This document shows positions 10,576 through 20,488 of a DNA stretch of 59,887 nt, one piece after another. Source of the DNA: Candidatus Enterousia sp. (GTDB lineage: Bacteria > Pseudomonadota > Alphaproteobacteria > Rs-D84); contig JAZLHA010000005.1 of assembly GCA_045616625.1 (NCBI GenBank), forward strand, positions 1-59,887. The letters are read 5' to 3'. Within the stretch, counting starts at the first letter, position 1. Each line of letters opens with the position of its first letter. The position numbers and the translations under genes were made by a program. Below the pieces are notes generated by a model, which ran no database searches, was not told the origin of the DNA, and saw only the letters and a program-made list of their open reading frames with translations.

Positions 10576-12279
10576 ATGTCATTATCCATGATATTGTTTT
10601 TTGTTTTTATATTTGCATTAATTTGTATTTTTCGTGTTGCAAAAATTGGTGCGTTGGTTGCGTTTTTAATTGCCGGTATTTTGGCAGGACCACATGGTTT
10701 TGGCTTGTTCCAATTAAATGATACATGGGATTTGTTGGGCAATTTAGGTGTATTATTCTTGTGGTTTATGGTCGGTTTAGAAATGGATATGTCGCGTATT
10801 TGGACATCGCGTAAAACATTGCTTGGGTTTGGTGTGGCCCAGGTTTTAATGGTTGTATTTATGGCTTTTCCTATATTTGCTGGCGTGACTGGTTGGTCGG
10901 TGACGGGTGCTATGATGGCGGCGTTAATGCTCGCACTATCCAGTTCATCCCAAGATATGACAATAATGGCAGATAGGGGACAATTAAATACTGTTGTTGG
11001 TCATCAAATATCTTCGGTTTTATTATTCCAAGATTTATTAGTTGTGCCATTAATGGTTTTGTTGCCGGTTATTTCTGGTAAATCTTTTCAAATAGGTGCA
11101 ACCGCCGTTGATGTCTTGGTAATTTCTATTTTGTTAATTGGTGCGATACTTATAGTTAGCCGTTTGGTTTTAACACCACTTCTTAAAAAAATAGCACGTT
11201 TGAAATCGCGTGAGGCTATGTTGTTGACAGTATTGCTAAGTATTTTAATTTGTGCATATGTTATGAATTTGGTTGGGTTGCCGATGGGGCTTGGTGGATT
11301 TTTGGCGGGACTATTGATGTCTGAAACAATTTATCATCATCAAATTAGTGTTGATGTTAACCCATATACGATGTTGTTCTTGGCGTTTTTCTTTATAGCA
11401 CTTGGAATGGGGCTGGATATAACATTGTTAGCAAACAAATGGTATTTTATATTGTTGGGTGTTGTAATGTTGGTTGGAATAAAGTTTTCTGCGATATTTA
11501 TGGTCGCGCGTATTCGCAAAATTCCAATTGCAGATGCTGCGTTTATTGGTTTGATTTTATCCCAGGGCAGTGAATTTGCATTATTATTTCTGCATATGAT
11601 GCGTGAAAGTGGTGTTGATATTATTCCTTTGCTACACCAAGAAATTCTTATTGCTGTAATTGTTTTATCTATGGTGACAACACCTTTGGTACTATGGATA
11701 TTTGATATTTTGAATCGTAATGGCAAATTCGGTAATAAAAATCAGATGCATATTATCCAAGATTCTTTGCATGTTGAAAAACCGCGTGTTGTGATTTGTG
11801 GATTTGGTCGCGTTGGTCAGATTGTATCACGTATGTTGGACGCTAAAAACATTCCATATATTGCGATTGACACAAATGTAAATTCTGTGATGTCTGGGCG
11901 TGAACAGGGATTAAACGTTGTTTATGGGGATGTTAGAAATATTGAAACTCTTCGTCGTTTTGGACTATCGTCGCGTAATACACGTGCGGTGGTTATGACA
12001 TTAAACAATGAACATACTGCGTACAAGGCTATATTATCAATTCATGCGATTGCACCACGTGTCAAAATTTTTGCGCGTGCCCGTAATTTGGACGATTCGA
12101 AAACTATGTTGCGTATGGGGGTTAGTCAATCTTTCCCAGAAACCATAGAATCTTCGTTCTGGTTGGGTTATAGTGTTTTAAGCCAACTCGGTTTTTCCCG
12201 TGAAGAAGTGCGAATAATGTTGCACGATATGCGTAAAAATAATTATGAACAATTGAGTAATTTGCCAGAACATAATTAA
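10576..12279 (+). CDS. CPA2 family cation:proton antiporter (KefB/KefC-like) with TrkA-N domain
   Basis: Multi-TM N-terminal part, LLFQDL, SQGSEF, C-terminal ICGFGRVGQ Rossmann motif. Confidence 0.88.
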   Translation: MSLSMILFFVFIFALICIFRVAKIGALVAFLIAGILAGPHGFGLFQLNDTWDLLGNLGVLFLWFMVGLEMDMSRIWTSRKTLLGFGVAQVLMVVFMAFPIFAGVTGWSVTGAMMAALMLALSSSSQDMTIMADRGQLNTVVGHQISSVLLFQDLLVVPLMVLLPVISGKSFQIGATAVDVLVISILLIGAILIVSRLVLTPLLKKIARLKSREAMLLTVLLSILICAYVMNLVGLPMGLGGFLAGLLMSETIYHHQISVDVNPYTMLFLAFFFIALGMGLDITLLANKWYFILLGVVMLVGIKFSAIFMVARIRKIPIADAAFIGLILSQGSEFALLFLHMMRESGVDIIPLLHQEILIAVIVLSMVTTPLVLWIFDILNRNGKFGNKNQMHIIQDSLHVEKPRVVICGFGRVGQIVSRMLDAKNIPYIAIDTNVNSVMSGREQGLNVVYGDVRNIETLRRFGLSSRNTRAVVMTLNNEHTAYKAILSIHAIAPRVKIFARARNLDDSKTMLRMGVSQSFPETIESSFWLGYSVLSQLGFSREEVRIMLHDMRKNNYEQLSNLPEHN

Positions 12280-12337
12280 CTTATTTTGATTGCTTTTGAT
12301 GTCGTGTATTGCTATATTCAAACGACAGGGGAATAAT

Positions 12338-12874
12338 ATGAAGAAAGCAATTAAATATATCGCTGTAATATTTGGTGTTATATTACTGGATCAAATAACA
12401 AAATCTATATTGTTGATTGCGATAACTGGTGGTTTGCCACTCTTTGAAAATGCATGGTTGGTTGTGCCGTATCCTTATTTGATGGGGCGTATCGCTAATT
12501 GGTTTAATGTTGTGTTTACTTGGAATCCGGGAACTTCTTTTTCATTATTGCGAAATGTCGGTAATGCGGCGCCGTGGATAATTAGTATTATAACTGGTTT
12601 GATTATAGTTGTGATATTACGTTATTTATTTAAACGTGCATCAAAGTATGAAATGTTGCCTTTGGCATTAATTGCTGGTGGTGCGTTGGGTAATTTAATA
12701 GATCGTGTCCGTTTCGGTGCAGTTATTGATTTCATAGATTGGCATATTGGTGGTCTGCATTGGCCTGCATTTAATATTGCTGATGCTTGTATTGTGATTG
12801 GTGTGGGGTTATACATTTTAAATTGGTTAATCGTGCGCCATAATTGTTTAAAAAAATGTAAAGGTGAAGACTAA
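12338..12874 (+). CDS. lspA: lipoprotein signal peptidase II
   Basis: DQITK, NPGTSF, GGALGNLIDR, VIDFI, FNIAD. Confidence 0.95.
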   Translation: MKKAIKYIAVIFGVILLDQITKSILLIAITGGLPLFENAWLVVPYPYLMGRIANWFNVVFTWNPGTSFSLLRNVGNAAPWIISIITGLIIVVILRYLFKRASKYEMLPLALIAGGALGNLIDRVRFGAVIDFIDWHIGGLHWPAFNIADACIVIGVGLYILNWLIVRHNCLKKCKGED

Positions 12875-14436
12875 TGGTTGAATATTTAAATAATAATTCT
12901 GGGTTTAATCAGTGGAATGCAAATAAAAACGCAACAGCAAAACCAAAACGTGGCGGATTTTTTGCGTGGGCAATTATATTCTTTGCATCATGGTGGTTGT
13001 TATCTTCATGGTTGAATCCACAATCAAAAAACACCGTAACTGTATCCGAACCCACGGAAATAGAGGTCGTTGATTTGTCGTCTGTTCCAACATCTGAAAT
13101 ATCAAACGATAAAATTTCTGCAATTGTTCAGGGATTGCGTATAGATGATATTAAATTGCATTATGAAAATGATGAAATTATAAACCTTGTTGCAGATGAT
13201 ACTGGGTTTATAGAGGTTGGATTTAATGCGGCTGGAACAAATGCACCCAATGTTAAAACAGTGTGGAAAAAATCTGGTGATGTGTCCACATGGCGTAATT
13301 CTGATGGCGTGAGTTTTACGCGTAATATAAAGGTTGATAATTATTTAATAACCGTGACCGATGAAATTAAAAATAAATCTGGGCGTTCTATATCTGTTGC
13401 GCCATATGTTAGATTAAATCGTGAAAATAATATCAAATCTGCGGCTGGAATATATACGGGATCTGTCGCATATACTCAATCAAAATTGGATCATAATGAT
13501 TGGACATCGTTCAAGAAAAAGTCATATGATTACACAACCGCATCGGGTTCTGCTTTTGCAGGATTCGTTGATCAGTATTGGGAAACAATCGCATCCATAA
13601 ATGCAACCGATCAAAACATTCATATTCAAAAGAATGGTGATTTATATTCTGTGGATATCAAGGCGGGGTATATGGAAATCCCAGCTGGTGGCACAAAAAT
13701 AATAACAACAAATCTGTATGTTGGTCCACGCGATAGTCGTGTTTTATCATCTGTAAATAGTGTTATCCCGGGCATATCAAAAACAGTTGATTATGGTTGG
13801 TTTTGGTTTTTGGCACAACCAATGCTTTGGGCATTAAATGGATTACACGCATTTGTTGGAAATTATGGAATTGCGATAATTCTATTCACAATTTTGGTGC
13901 GTTTGTTGATGTGGCCATTGACACGTAAATCGTATGCATCAATGATGGATATGCAGAAATTGCAACCTGAAATGCAACGTATTCAAAAGTTGTATGCAAA
14001 CGATAAACAGCGTCAGCAAATTGAGATTGCTCGCCTATACCAGACACACAAAACTTCACCAATGTCGGGTTGTTTACCAATGTTGATTCAGTTGCCGATA
14101 TTCTTTGCATTGTATAAAGCATTGCTTATATCGTCACAGATGCGTAATGCACATTTCCTGTGGATGTCTGATTTATCTGTGATGGATCCGTATTTTATTC
14201 TGCCGATATTGATGGGTGTGACAATGTGGTTGCAGCAGTATTTGCAAAGCCCAAAGAATAAAAATACAGATAAAAACGATCCTGCGTCACAAACAGCGCG
14301 TGCGATGAAATGGATGCCGATATTCTTTACGATAATGTTTGCGTGGATGCCGGCTGGTTTGGTTTTGTATTGGACTGTATCAAATGTGTTTGGTATCGGA
14401 CAAATGTATTTGATAAAGCGTTCAACCAAGAAATAA
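12874..14436 (+). CDS. yidC: membrane protein insertase YidC
   Basis: VDYGWFWF, GNYGIAII, GCLPMLIQLPIF, PAGLVLYW. Confidence 0.95.
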   Translation: MVEYLNNNSGFNQWNANKNATAKPKRGGFFAWAIIFFASWWLLSSWLNPQSKNTVTVSEPTEIEVVDLSSVPTSEISNDKISAIVQGLRIDDIKLHYENDEIINLVADDTGFIEVGFNAAGTNAPNVKTVWKKSGDVSTWRNSDGVSFTRNIKVDNYLITVTDEIKNKSGRSISVAPYVRLNRENNIKSAAGIYTGSVAYTQSKLDHNDWTSFKKKSYDYTTASGSAFAGFVDQYWETIASINATDQNIHIQKNGDLYSVDIKAGYMEIPAGGTKIITTNLYVGPRDSRVLSSVNSVIPGISKTVDYGWFWFLAQPMLWALNGLHAFVGNYGIAIILFTILVRLLMWPLTRKSYASMMDMQKLQPEMQRIQKLYANDKQRQQIEIARLYQTHKTSPMSGCLPMLIQLPIFFALYKALLISSQMRNAHFLWMSDLSVMDPYFILPILMGVTMWLQQYLQSPKNKNTDKNDPASQTARAMKWMPIFFTIMFAWMPAGLVLYWTVSNVFGIGQMYLIKRSTKK

Positions 14437-14437
14437 T

Positions 14438-14463
14438 AAAACGCACCCTCTGGTGCGTTTTTT
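14438..14463. terminator. bidirectional intrinsic terminator
   Basis: AAAACGCACC-ctct-GGTGCGTTTT between convergent genes. Confidence 0.7.
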
Positions 14464-14800
14464 AATGGACTAGACATTTATATAAACTATCAGGCGTTTG
14501 AATAGATATTTTCTTTATACCAATTGCATTCTTTACCATATCAACGCACGTTTTTGCGGTATATGGATTAAAATCCAAACATATATCAATCGGCAAATAA
14601 ATAAAAGACCAACCAAATTTGCGTAATTGTGTAATAGATTGTTCAGATATATTTATTTTTGCAACATTACCACGTCTTATAAATTGATATAACAAAAGGC
14701 GTTTTTTATATGGTGTGATAATTGCACAATGTTTAAAATGTTTGCACAAAATGCGCGGAATAATAAAAGAAGATTTTGTTGAAAAACCTATAATAACCAT
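14462..14800 (-). CDS. conserved alphaproteobacterial hypothetical protein (FKHC...TCV..VK..G...TP..LY)
   Basis: Co-oriented with the upstream ORF, RBS present; His/Cys arrangement reminiscent of permuted NlpC/P60 folds (weak). Confidence 0.6.
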   Translation of the reverse strand: MVIIGFSTKSSFIIPRILCKHFKHCAIITPYKKRLLLYQFIRRGNVAKINISEQSITQLRKFGWSFIYLPIDICLDFNPYTAKTCVDMVKNAIGIKKISIQTPDSLYKCLVH

Positions 14801-14812
14801 TCTTTTTTCTCC

Positions 14813-15160
14813 TTATTCAATCCAACCATTTTTGCGTGCTGCATTATCAATAGTTTCCATTGCGCAATGCCATTGATATGCATCGTGATTTTCAGCCCAG
14901 ATATATTGATGTGGGGCACGTCTTTTATCGCCATATTTTTTCATAATCAATAATTGTTCTTCGGTTAATTGACCGGATAAATAGAGTTTTGTTATCATTG
15001 TTTCCACATCTAATAATTCACAAATTCGTTTTGCAGAATGTGTTTGACGATAAGCAAAATTATTCTGTACAGATTTGGAATAAATAAACCAAAACCATAA
15101 TTGTTCCGAACTGTGGAACAATTCAAGAGTGTTGGTATTTTCTTGTATTTTTGTATTCAT
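14813..15160 (-). CDS. conserved alphaproteobacterial hypothetical protein (F-x-S-x-E-x-x-WFWF)
   Basis: Strong RBS (AAGGAG); motif recalled from Rhodospirillales phage-relic neighbourhoods. Confidence 0.65.
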   Translation of the reverse strand: MNTKIQENTNTLELFHSSEQLWFWFIYSKSVQNNFAYRQTHSAKRICELLDVETMITKLYLSGQLTEEQLLIMKKYGDKRRAPHQYIWAENHDAYQWHCAMETIDNAARKNGWIE

Positions 15161-15249
15161 TTTTTATCTCCTTTTTTGTTGTTGTGTTAAGTTTTAAATA
15201 AAAATGGGAATATATTCAAACGCTACAACCAAAGGTTGAAATCCGAATC

Positions 15250-15302
15250 AGAAAACCGATTCGCTATGTAGTTTTGTTTTTGATATAGCGAATCGGTTTT
15301 CT
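15250..15302. repeat. perfect 18-bp inverted repeat containing GANTC sites
   Basis: AGAAAACCGATTCGCTAT (15250-15267) / ATAGCGAATCGGTTTTCT (15285-15302). Confidence 0.85.
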
Positions 15303-15329
15303 AACCATTTTTATTCAATTTATTTAACG

Positions 15330-15359
15330 AAAAAAAGCGCACAAGATGTGCGCTTTTTT
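15330..15359 (-). terminator. intrinsic terminator after virB10-like gene
   Basis: AAAAAAGCGCACA-aga-TGTGCGCTTTTTT. Confidence 0.75.
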
Positions 15360-15377
15360 ATCATTAAATTTTGGCGT

Positions 15378-17720
15378 TTATTTTATAGGTGGAAAACAAT
15401 CGCCACCGCCAGCAGGGCAACAATTAAATCCTTGATCACCCATGTCTTCATATGTTTCCCCTGGACAACATCCGTTTGCATCAGGCAGAGAGCCACCTTC
15501 GCATGTGATAACATTTGCAGCAGCCCCAGTGTCAGCAGACGATGGCTTTACAAATGGATTGTCTATCTTATCATCAGTATAGGTTAAACCAAGTACATTT
15601 GTGTTGTAATCTTTAGTGCCAACATCATATGTAATGCTTGTTGCTTGTTGATTTTGATACAACGCTTCCTGTTTGGCATTGTTAATTGCCTGATACTGAT
15701 TAGATTGACAATAGAAAGCCAATGTTCTGTAATCGTACTGTTTACAATTAGGGTTACTAGATTGTTCGTCTGGTTTACCATCCTTACAGCAACCACTTAA
15801 ATTAAATGAACGGGACTGACCAATCCAAGATTCATCACCATAGTTTACTCTTAATAGGTCTTTCTCGGCACCACCCATAACTTTACTCCATTCGCGACGC
15901 TTTCTTTGCCCATATTCAGAAATTGCACATTTAGAATCGCCATCCTTACCACATGTGACAATTAAATCAACTGGTGAATATACGGTTATACGTGTTCCTG
16001 CGGCAATTGAAAATGGTGGGACAGTATTATTTAATGCATCAACCAATAATTTTTGGGCAACCTGATTCCATGCAGATATAACCTCTTGCTTGGCGAGTTC
16101 TGATGACCTTACCTTGCCACTTTGTACAACTGTGTTATTATCCAAATCAATTTGGTTTACAAACGAATCAGCAATTGGTGCAATCATATTTACCGCCGCT
16201 GGAACAATCGCTGTAAGCAGTGGCATAACAATTTGTTCAACATAATCGGTACTGCCATGACCTGGAACACCAACGCGCCCCTGGGCATCCGCAGAATATG
16301 GATCCTGATCGGCAGCAAAATTAAATTCAACACCATCTGGACGAATAAATTGATACCAATTTATTTTCATACGACCAATTGCCTTGTACGGCCCAGGCAA
16401 TTCGCCAGTTAAATATCCCAAAAGTAATGTTCCAGCCGGCAATATAATTGTACGACCATTGTCAGAATAAACATTTCTATCTACGGTTGCACGTACTGGA
16501 ACACCACCACCCGTACACTCTCCATCAGCAGTGCAATTATATGTACTTGGATCAGCGCGAACCTCTGATACAATTGTTGCAGGAATTGGTTTAAATTGGC
16601 GTAATATAAATGTTCTGTCATATGGCATAGAAGATGTTACAGATTCTGTTTCTTCAGCAGAACCTTTAAATTTGGCTTCATCAAAATCATTTTTTATCAA
16701 ATGTAATCCACCATTAGTAGAAAATACTTTTTTTAAACTTGCCATCTTACCACTAGGGATATAGTCTGATACTGGTGTGGTCGTAGTGTTTGGACGTGAA
16801 CGCAGGTTTGGTAATGTCCCAGAACCAACAATAGAATAACCAATATGTTCCGCATCAGTTCCGATTTTTTTACCACTATCATCTATATCAGTAATGATAC
16901 CATTGTCAGGATTATAAATACCGGTTGGGCTATCGCAATTAACATCTGAAAATGGATGAAAATAATATGTCCCTTTTTCTGGTTTTATCCAACCTGTTTG
17001 GGTTCCGGATAAACCATATCCAGCCAGTGCGAAATCTGAACACGCCTCTGATGGTGTAACTGACGCTGGTTCCGATTCTGGTTCAAAAATTGGCATTGGT
17101 GGTGCAATTTGTTCAACTGCTTCTTTTACTGGTTCTGGTTCAATGTATTCTTCTTCAATTTCTTTTTCATAAACAGGTTCAACCTTTACCGGTTCGGGCG
17201 TGGTTGTTTTTTTTACTGGAATAATCGCACCCAACTTTATGTTGATTGGAGTTTTGTTTGTCATATTTTCAGCATCGTTAACGTCACGCCATACAATATT
17301 TGCAACCATATCTGTATTCTGTTTTGCTGATTTTGGTTTGTATTCAATGGTAATTTTACATGTCGTTTCAGAATCAATAGATGTACGTGGAGTGCAAGTA
17401 TCTTTGATATTCAAACCGTCTATCGTATTATCGTATTCAACATTTGTTATTTTAACAGGTGCACTAGCGGATACAACAATGTTCTCTGACGTATTAGGTG
17501 ATTCAACGTTTGTACCAGAAAAATCAACCGTATTGGGTACTGCGTTTACAGCAATTGGTTGTGCTATCTCTGTTGAATTATCGGTTTGTTTTTTATCATG
17601 TGTTAGCAACAGTGTTAATAAAATCAACACAACAACAAACGCAGCCGTCAACAACAGCCACATAGAAGCCTTTGGCATATTTTTGCGCATGTTATTAAAT
17701 TGGTCTTTTATTCCACTCAT
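15378..17720 (-). CDS. virB10: VirB10/TrbI-like T4SS core protein with extra Ig-like and Cys-rich domains
   Basis: N-terminal TM, Pro/Glu linker, TrbI core (IPATIVSEV, ATVDRNVYS..ILPAGTLLLG, DAQGRVG, PPFSIAAGTRITV); downstream of virB8/9-like genes. Confidence 0.85.
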   Translation of the reverse strand: MSGIKDQFNNMRKNMPKASMWLLLTAAFVVVLILLTLLLTHDKKQTDNSTEIAQPIAVNAVPNTVDFSGTNVESPNTSENIVVSASAPVKITNVEYDNTIDGLNIKDTCTPRTSIDSETTCKITIEYKPKSAKQNTDMVANIVWRDVNDAENMTNKTPINIKLGAIIPVKKTTTPEPVKVEPVYEKEIEEEYIEPEPVKEAVEQIAPPMPIFEPESEPASVTPSEACSDFALAGYGLSGTQTGWIKPEKGTYYFHPFSDVNCDSPTGIYNPDNGIITDIDDSGKKIGTDAEHIGYSIVGSGTLPNLRSRPNTTTTPVSDYIPSGKMASLKKVFSTNGGLHLIKNDFDEAKFKGSAEETESVTSSMPYDRTFILRQFKPIPATIVSEVRADPSTYNCTADGECTGGGVPVRATVDRNVYSDNGRTIILPAGTLLLGYLTGELPGPYKAIGRMKINWYQFIRPDGVEFNFAADQDPYSADAQGRVGVPGHGSTDYVEQIVMPLLTAIVPAAVNMIAPIADSFVNQIDLDNNTVVQSGKVRSSELAKQEVISAWNQVAQKLLVDALNNTVPPFSIAAGTRITVYSPVDLIVTCGKDGDSKCAISEYGQRKRREWSKVMGGAEKDLLRVNYGDESWIGQSRSFNLSGCCKDGKPDEQSSNPNCKQYDYRTLAFYCQSNQYQAINNAKQEALYQNQQATSITYDVGTKDYNTNVLGLTYTDDKIDNPFVKPSSADTGAAANVITCEGGSLPDANGCCPGETYEDMGDQGFNCCPAGGGDCFPPIK

Positions 17721-17739
17721 CCTTTACCCCAAATTTTAT

Positions 17740-19230
17740 TTACTGTATTCTAACGACATGACATGTTGTTCCGCTAAACTTTAACAACTGGTCACATAAT
17801 TTTTGTGCAGTATCAATATCAGCCATTGGTCCAATACGCAAACGATACAGACGCGCCGTTGATGATGTAGAACCCAATTCACCAACACCCTGTTCATCAA
17901 CCGCAAAGAATACCATGTTTTTGTATGGTGTTAAAACACCGCTACCCGAATCGCCACTAAATTTAGCAAGTAGGTTTGTCCAATAATCATCCAAAGCCTT
18001 GACTGATGTGTCAGATTTTAATTCAACCGCAACACCAGATTGATTACTTGTTATTAGCGGTATGTTTGATTGTGGTAAATAAGAACCAGCTGTTTCACGA
18101 ACAGATGGCATCATTGCCAAGCCCACAGTTGTCGCACCTTGATAACCGCCTTGGACGTATGCCGGCATAGCGTATTGACCGTTTGTATCAACATATACCG
18201 GTGTTCCATTCATTCCAGCCATAGAATTGTCCATCGCATACATATCGGCATTATAGGCAACGTTGCCAAGTGATTGACCTGACATCATACTTTGTGCAAC
18301 ATTTGCCTCTGCCAGCGCCATAACACTTGCGGTATCAGCAATCAAGAAAGGTTTAGCACGTTTCTTGATACATACAATACGTTGACCGCTGCGCAAGACC
18401 ATATCGCCAACGGCTTCTACTATCAATAACCGACTATCTTCGCCATCGGTACGGAAACTAACTGGGGATTCGCCACCTTCAACCAGTAATGAAACCACAG
18501 GACGTTGTGTCATTGAAATAACCTTGTCACCGAAATCAATATATGTAAATACGCGATCGCGCCATACGCGTTCCGGTGCAATAACATAATCATCAGGGTT
18601 TGGAACAAATATATCCAAATCGAATCTGAATTCAGATGGATCAATTTTCATTGTTTTAATCCAACCATAATCTTCGCCGTCAACCCCAACCATATTTGAA
18701 GAAGACGTTTTCTTATTAAATATAGAACCCATTGTTCCAGTTGTTGTTGGGACATTGTTTGATGCAATAACATTATTACCATCTAATGTGACATCAACCT
18801 GGGAATAAGCAACCTCGCTTGAATTAGTAGGAACAGCCGTCAGATAAAATATATATCTGTTTCCAGATTGACCAATGACAATCATATTTGTACTAACACC
18901 TTCTGTACCGCCAGTTGGTGTTATAAACATTGTTCTATCGCCCTGGGTTGATTCGATATTAAATAAACCATTATCACCAACGACCGCATCAGCAATTTGT
19001 TCACCATTAGGTAATGTCAACATTGTCACCATTCCGGCGCGTAATTTTATGGGTAATACAGAACCCTGGGACCATGATAATTGTGCATAGCCTGGTTTAG
19101 TGCTGCCGGCGGTCATATTCGCATTCGCATCATCCCATGAAAAACTATATTCCTCGGCAGATGCCGAACCAACAACAGATAGTATGCAAATCAAAGATAC
19201 ACTTAATAATGTTTTTGATAATTTCATCAT
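17740..19230 (-). CDS. virB9: VirB9/TrbG-like T4SS protein with C-terminal SPOR-like domain
   Basis: Signal peptide, TMLTLPNGEQI, TNMIVIG..RYIFYL, PERVWRDRVFTYIDF; C-terminal YRLRIGP..AQKLC..L..C. Confidence 0.82.
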   Translation of the reverse strand: MMKLSKTLLSVSLICILSVVGSASAEEYSFSWDDANANMTAGSTKPGYAQLSWSQGSVLPIKLRAGMVTMLTLPNGEQIADAVVGDNGLFNIESTQGDRTMFITPTGGTEGVSTNMIVIGQSGNRYIFYLTAVPTNSSEVAYSQVDVTLDGNNVIASNNVPTTTGTMGSIFNKKTSSSNMVGVDGEDYGWIKTMKIDPSEFRFDLDIFVPNPDDYVIAPERVWRDRVFTYIDFGDKVISMTQRPVVSLLVEGGESPVSFRTDGEDSRLLIVEAVGDMVLRSGQRIVCIKKRAKPFLIADTASVMALAEANVAQSMMSGQSLGNVAYNADMYAMDNSMAGMNGTPVYVDTNGQYAMPAYVQGGYQGATTVGLAMMPSVRETAGSYLPQSNIPLITSNQSGVAVELKSDTSVKALDDYWTNLLAKFSGDSGSGVLTPYKNMVFFAVDEQGVGELGSTSSTARLYRLRIGPMADIDTAQKLCDQLLKFSGTTCHVVRIQ

Positions 19231-19253
19231 CTTTTCCTTACCTTAAATTACTT

Positions 19254-19931
19254 TTAATAACCTTGAACCCAGCCCTTGGGATCCAAAGGATCGCCGGTGT
19301 TATCCAGATTATCGTATTCCACAACCTTTATACCTAATGGATTTTCCAATCTTTCGGAAAATTTAATGGTTTGGTTGTCAGAAACTTCTATTTTTATTCT
19401 TATCTTATAATCTTTTGTATATGTTTGTCCATCTAAATCGCAATCATAATAAAAATGAACCTCGTACTCATTGTCCCCACGTGCAGATCGATATGGAATA
19501 ACAGCATAAGAATCAGGAAAATTCACACGACATGTAAACATTGGTGGAATGTCGCCCTGCATAACCGCCGCCCACATATCTGTATTGGAAAAAGCATTAA
19601 ATACCCGTGGGGTGGACATAGTATGAACGATGCCGTCTAAATCGTTCCATTTTCGTTGCATTAGGAAAATATTTGGCGAAACCTCGTTACGAACCTTGAT
19701 ATATTCTTTGATAAACTCTATTTTATACCTAGCCAAATTTTTAGGCATTTCGGTTAGTTTTACATCAATATTGTTACGTTGAACTGCCTCTAAGAAAAAT
19801 ACCTCTGGGTGTTCAAGGGGAAACATTTTTCCGAGTGTAATTATGAGCGCAACCAACACAACCACCGCAGTTGCCAGAACAAACGTCAAAATGCGCGACA
19901 TCAAAAATGGCGGTTCTATGCGGTTTTGCAC
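19254..19931 (-). CDS. virB8: VirB8-like T4SS protein
   Basis: GTG start with RBS, single N-terminal TM, FIKEYIKVRNE helix, C-terminal NPLGIKVVEY signature. Confidence 0.8.
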   Translation of the reverse strand: MQNRIEPPFLMSRILTFVLATAVVVLVALIITLGKMFPLEHPEVFFLEAVQRNNIDVKLTEMPKNLARYKIEFIKEYIKVRNEVSPNIFLMQRKWNDLDGIVHTMSTPRVFNAFSNTDMWAAVMQGDIPPMFTCRVNFPDSYAVIPYRSARGDNEYEVHFYYDCDLDGQTYTKDYKIRIKIEVSDNQTIKFSERLENPLGIKVVEYDNLDNTGDPLDPKGWVQGY

Positions 19932-19957
19932 AGGTTTCTCCCCCTTTTATTAAAATG

Positions 19958-19987
19958 ATTGTAGAAAAAATATATATACTTGTGCAA
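19958..19987 (-). promoter_or_regulatory. candidate sigma70 promoter of virB8-10 operon
   Basis: TTGCAC-18-TACAAT on the minus strand. Confidence 0.5.
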
Positions 19988-20043
19988 GTAAAAAAAGCAT
20001 ATTTTTTATAAAAAAGTATTTGTTTGTTTTTGTTAAAATTCTC

Positions 20044-20072
20044 TTGCACCATTTTTATAAAAATATTATAAT
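20044..20072 (+). promoter_or_regulatory. candidate sigma70 promoter for tRNA-Trp/secE
   Basis: TTGCAC-17-TATAAT. Confidence 0.55.
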
Positions 20073-20151
20073 ATTTCCGCTTGATTTTTTATATAGGTGT
20101 GCTATCTTAAACCGGACTATCGGGGTATTAAGATCGTATACAGCAGGTAAA

Positions 20152-20225
20152 AGGGGCATAGTTCAACGGTAGAATATCGGTCTCCAAAACCGCGGATAAG
20201 GGTTCGATTCCTTTTGCCCCTGCCA
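20152..20225 (+). tRNA. trnW: tRNA-Trp (CCA)
   Basis: Cloverleaf AGGGGCA/TGCCCCT acceptor stem, anticodon loop CT-CCA-AA, GGTTCGATTCC, encoded CCA; precedes secE. Confidence 0.95.
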
Positions 20226-20290
20226 GATTTTGAACCGGTGATATGGTTAAAAAAAATTAGGCAAAGCGGTCGCGAAATATTGGGAAAAAT

Positions 20291-20470
20291 ATGAAAAAAA
20301 TAATAGAGTATATTAAATCGGTACGCGGTGAATGGTTTAAAATAGTATGGCCATCACGTGATACAGTTGTGCGTTCTACGATTATGATATTGGTTTTTTC
20401 TGGTTTGGCGGCACTGTTCTTCTTTTTGGTCGATTGGGTGTTGAGCACAATCGTTAACTGGATTTTTTAA
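20291..20470 (+). CDS. secE: preprotein translocase SecE (59 aa, missed by ORF track)
   Basis: MKKIIEYIKSVRGEWFKIVWPSR...one TM; between tRNA-Trp and nusG. Confidence 0.92.
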   Translation: MKKIIEYIKSVRGEWFKIVWPSRDTVVRSTIMILVFSGLAALFFFLVDWVLSTIVNWIF

Positions 20471-20488
20471 AACAACAGAGGATATGCA

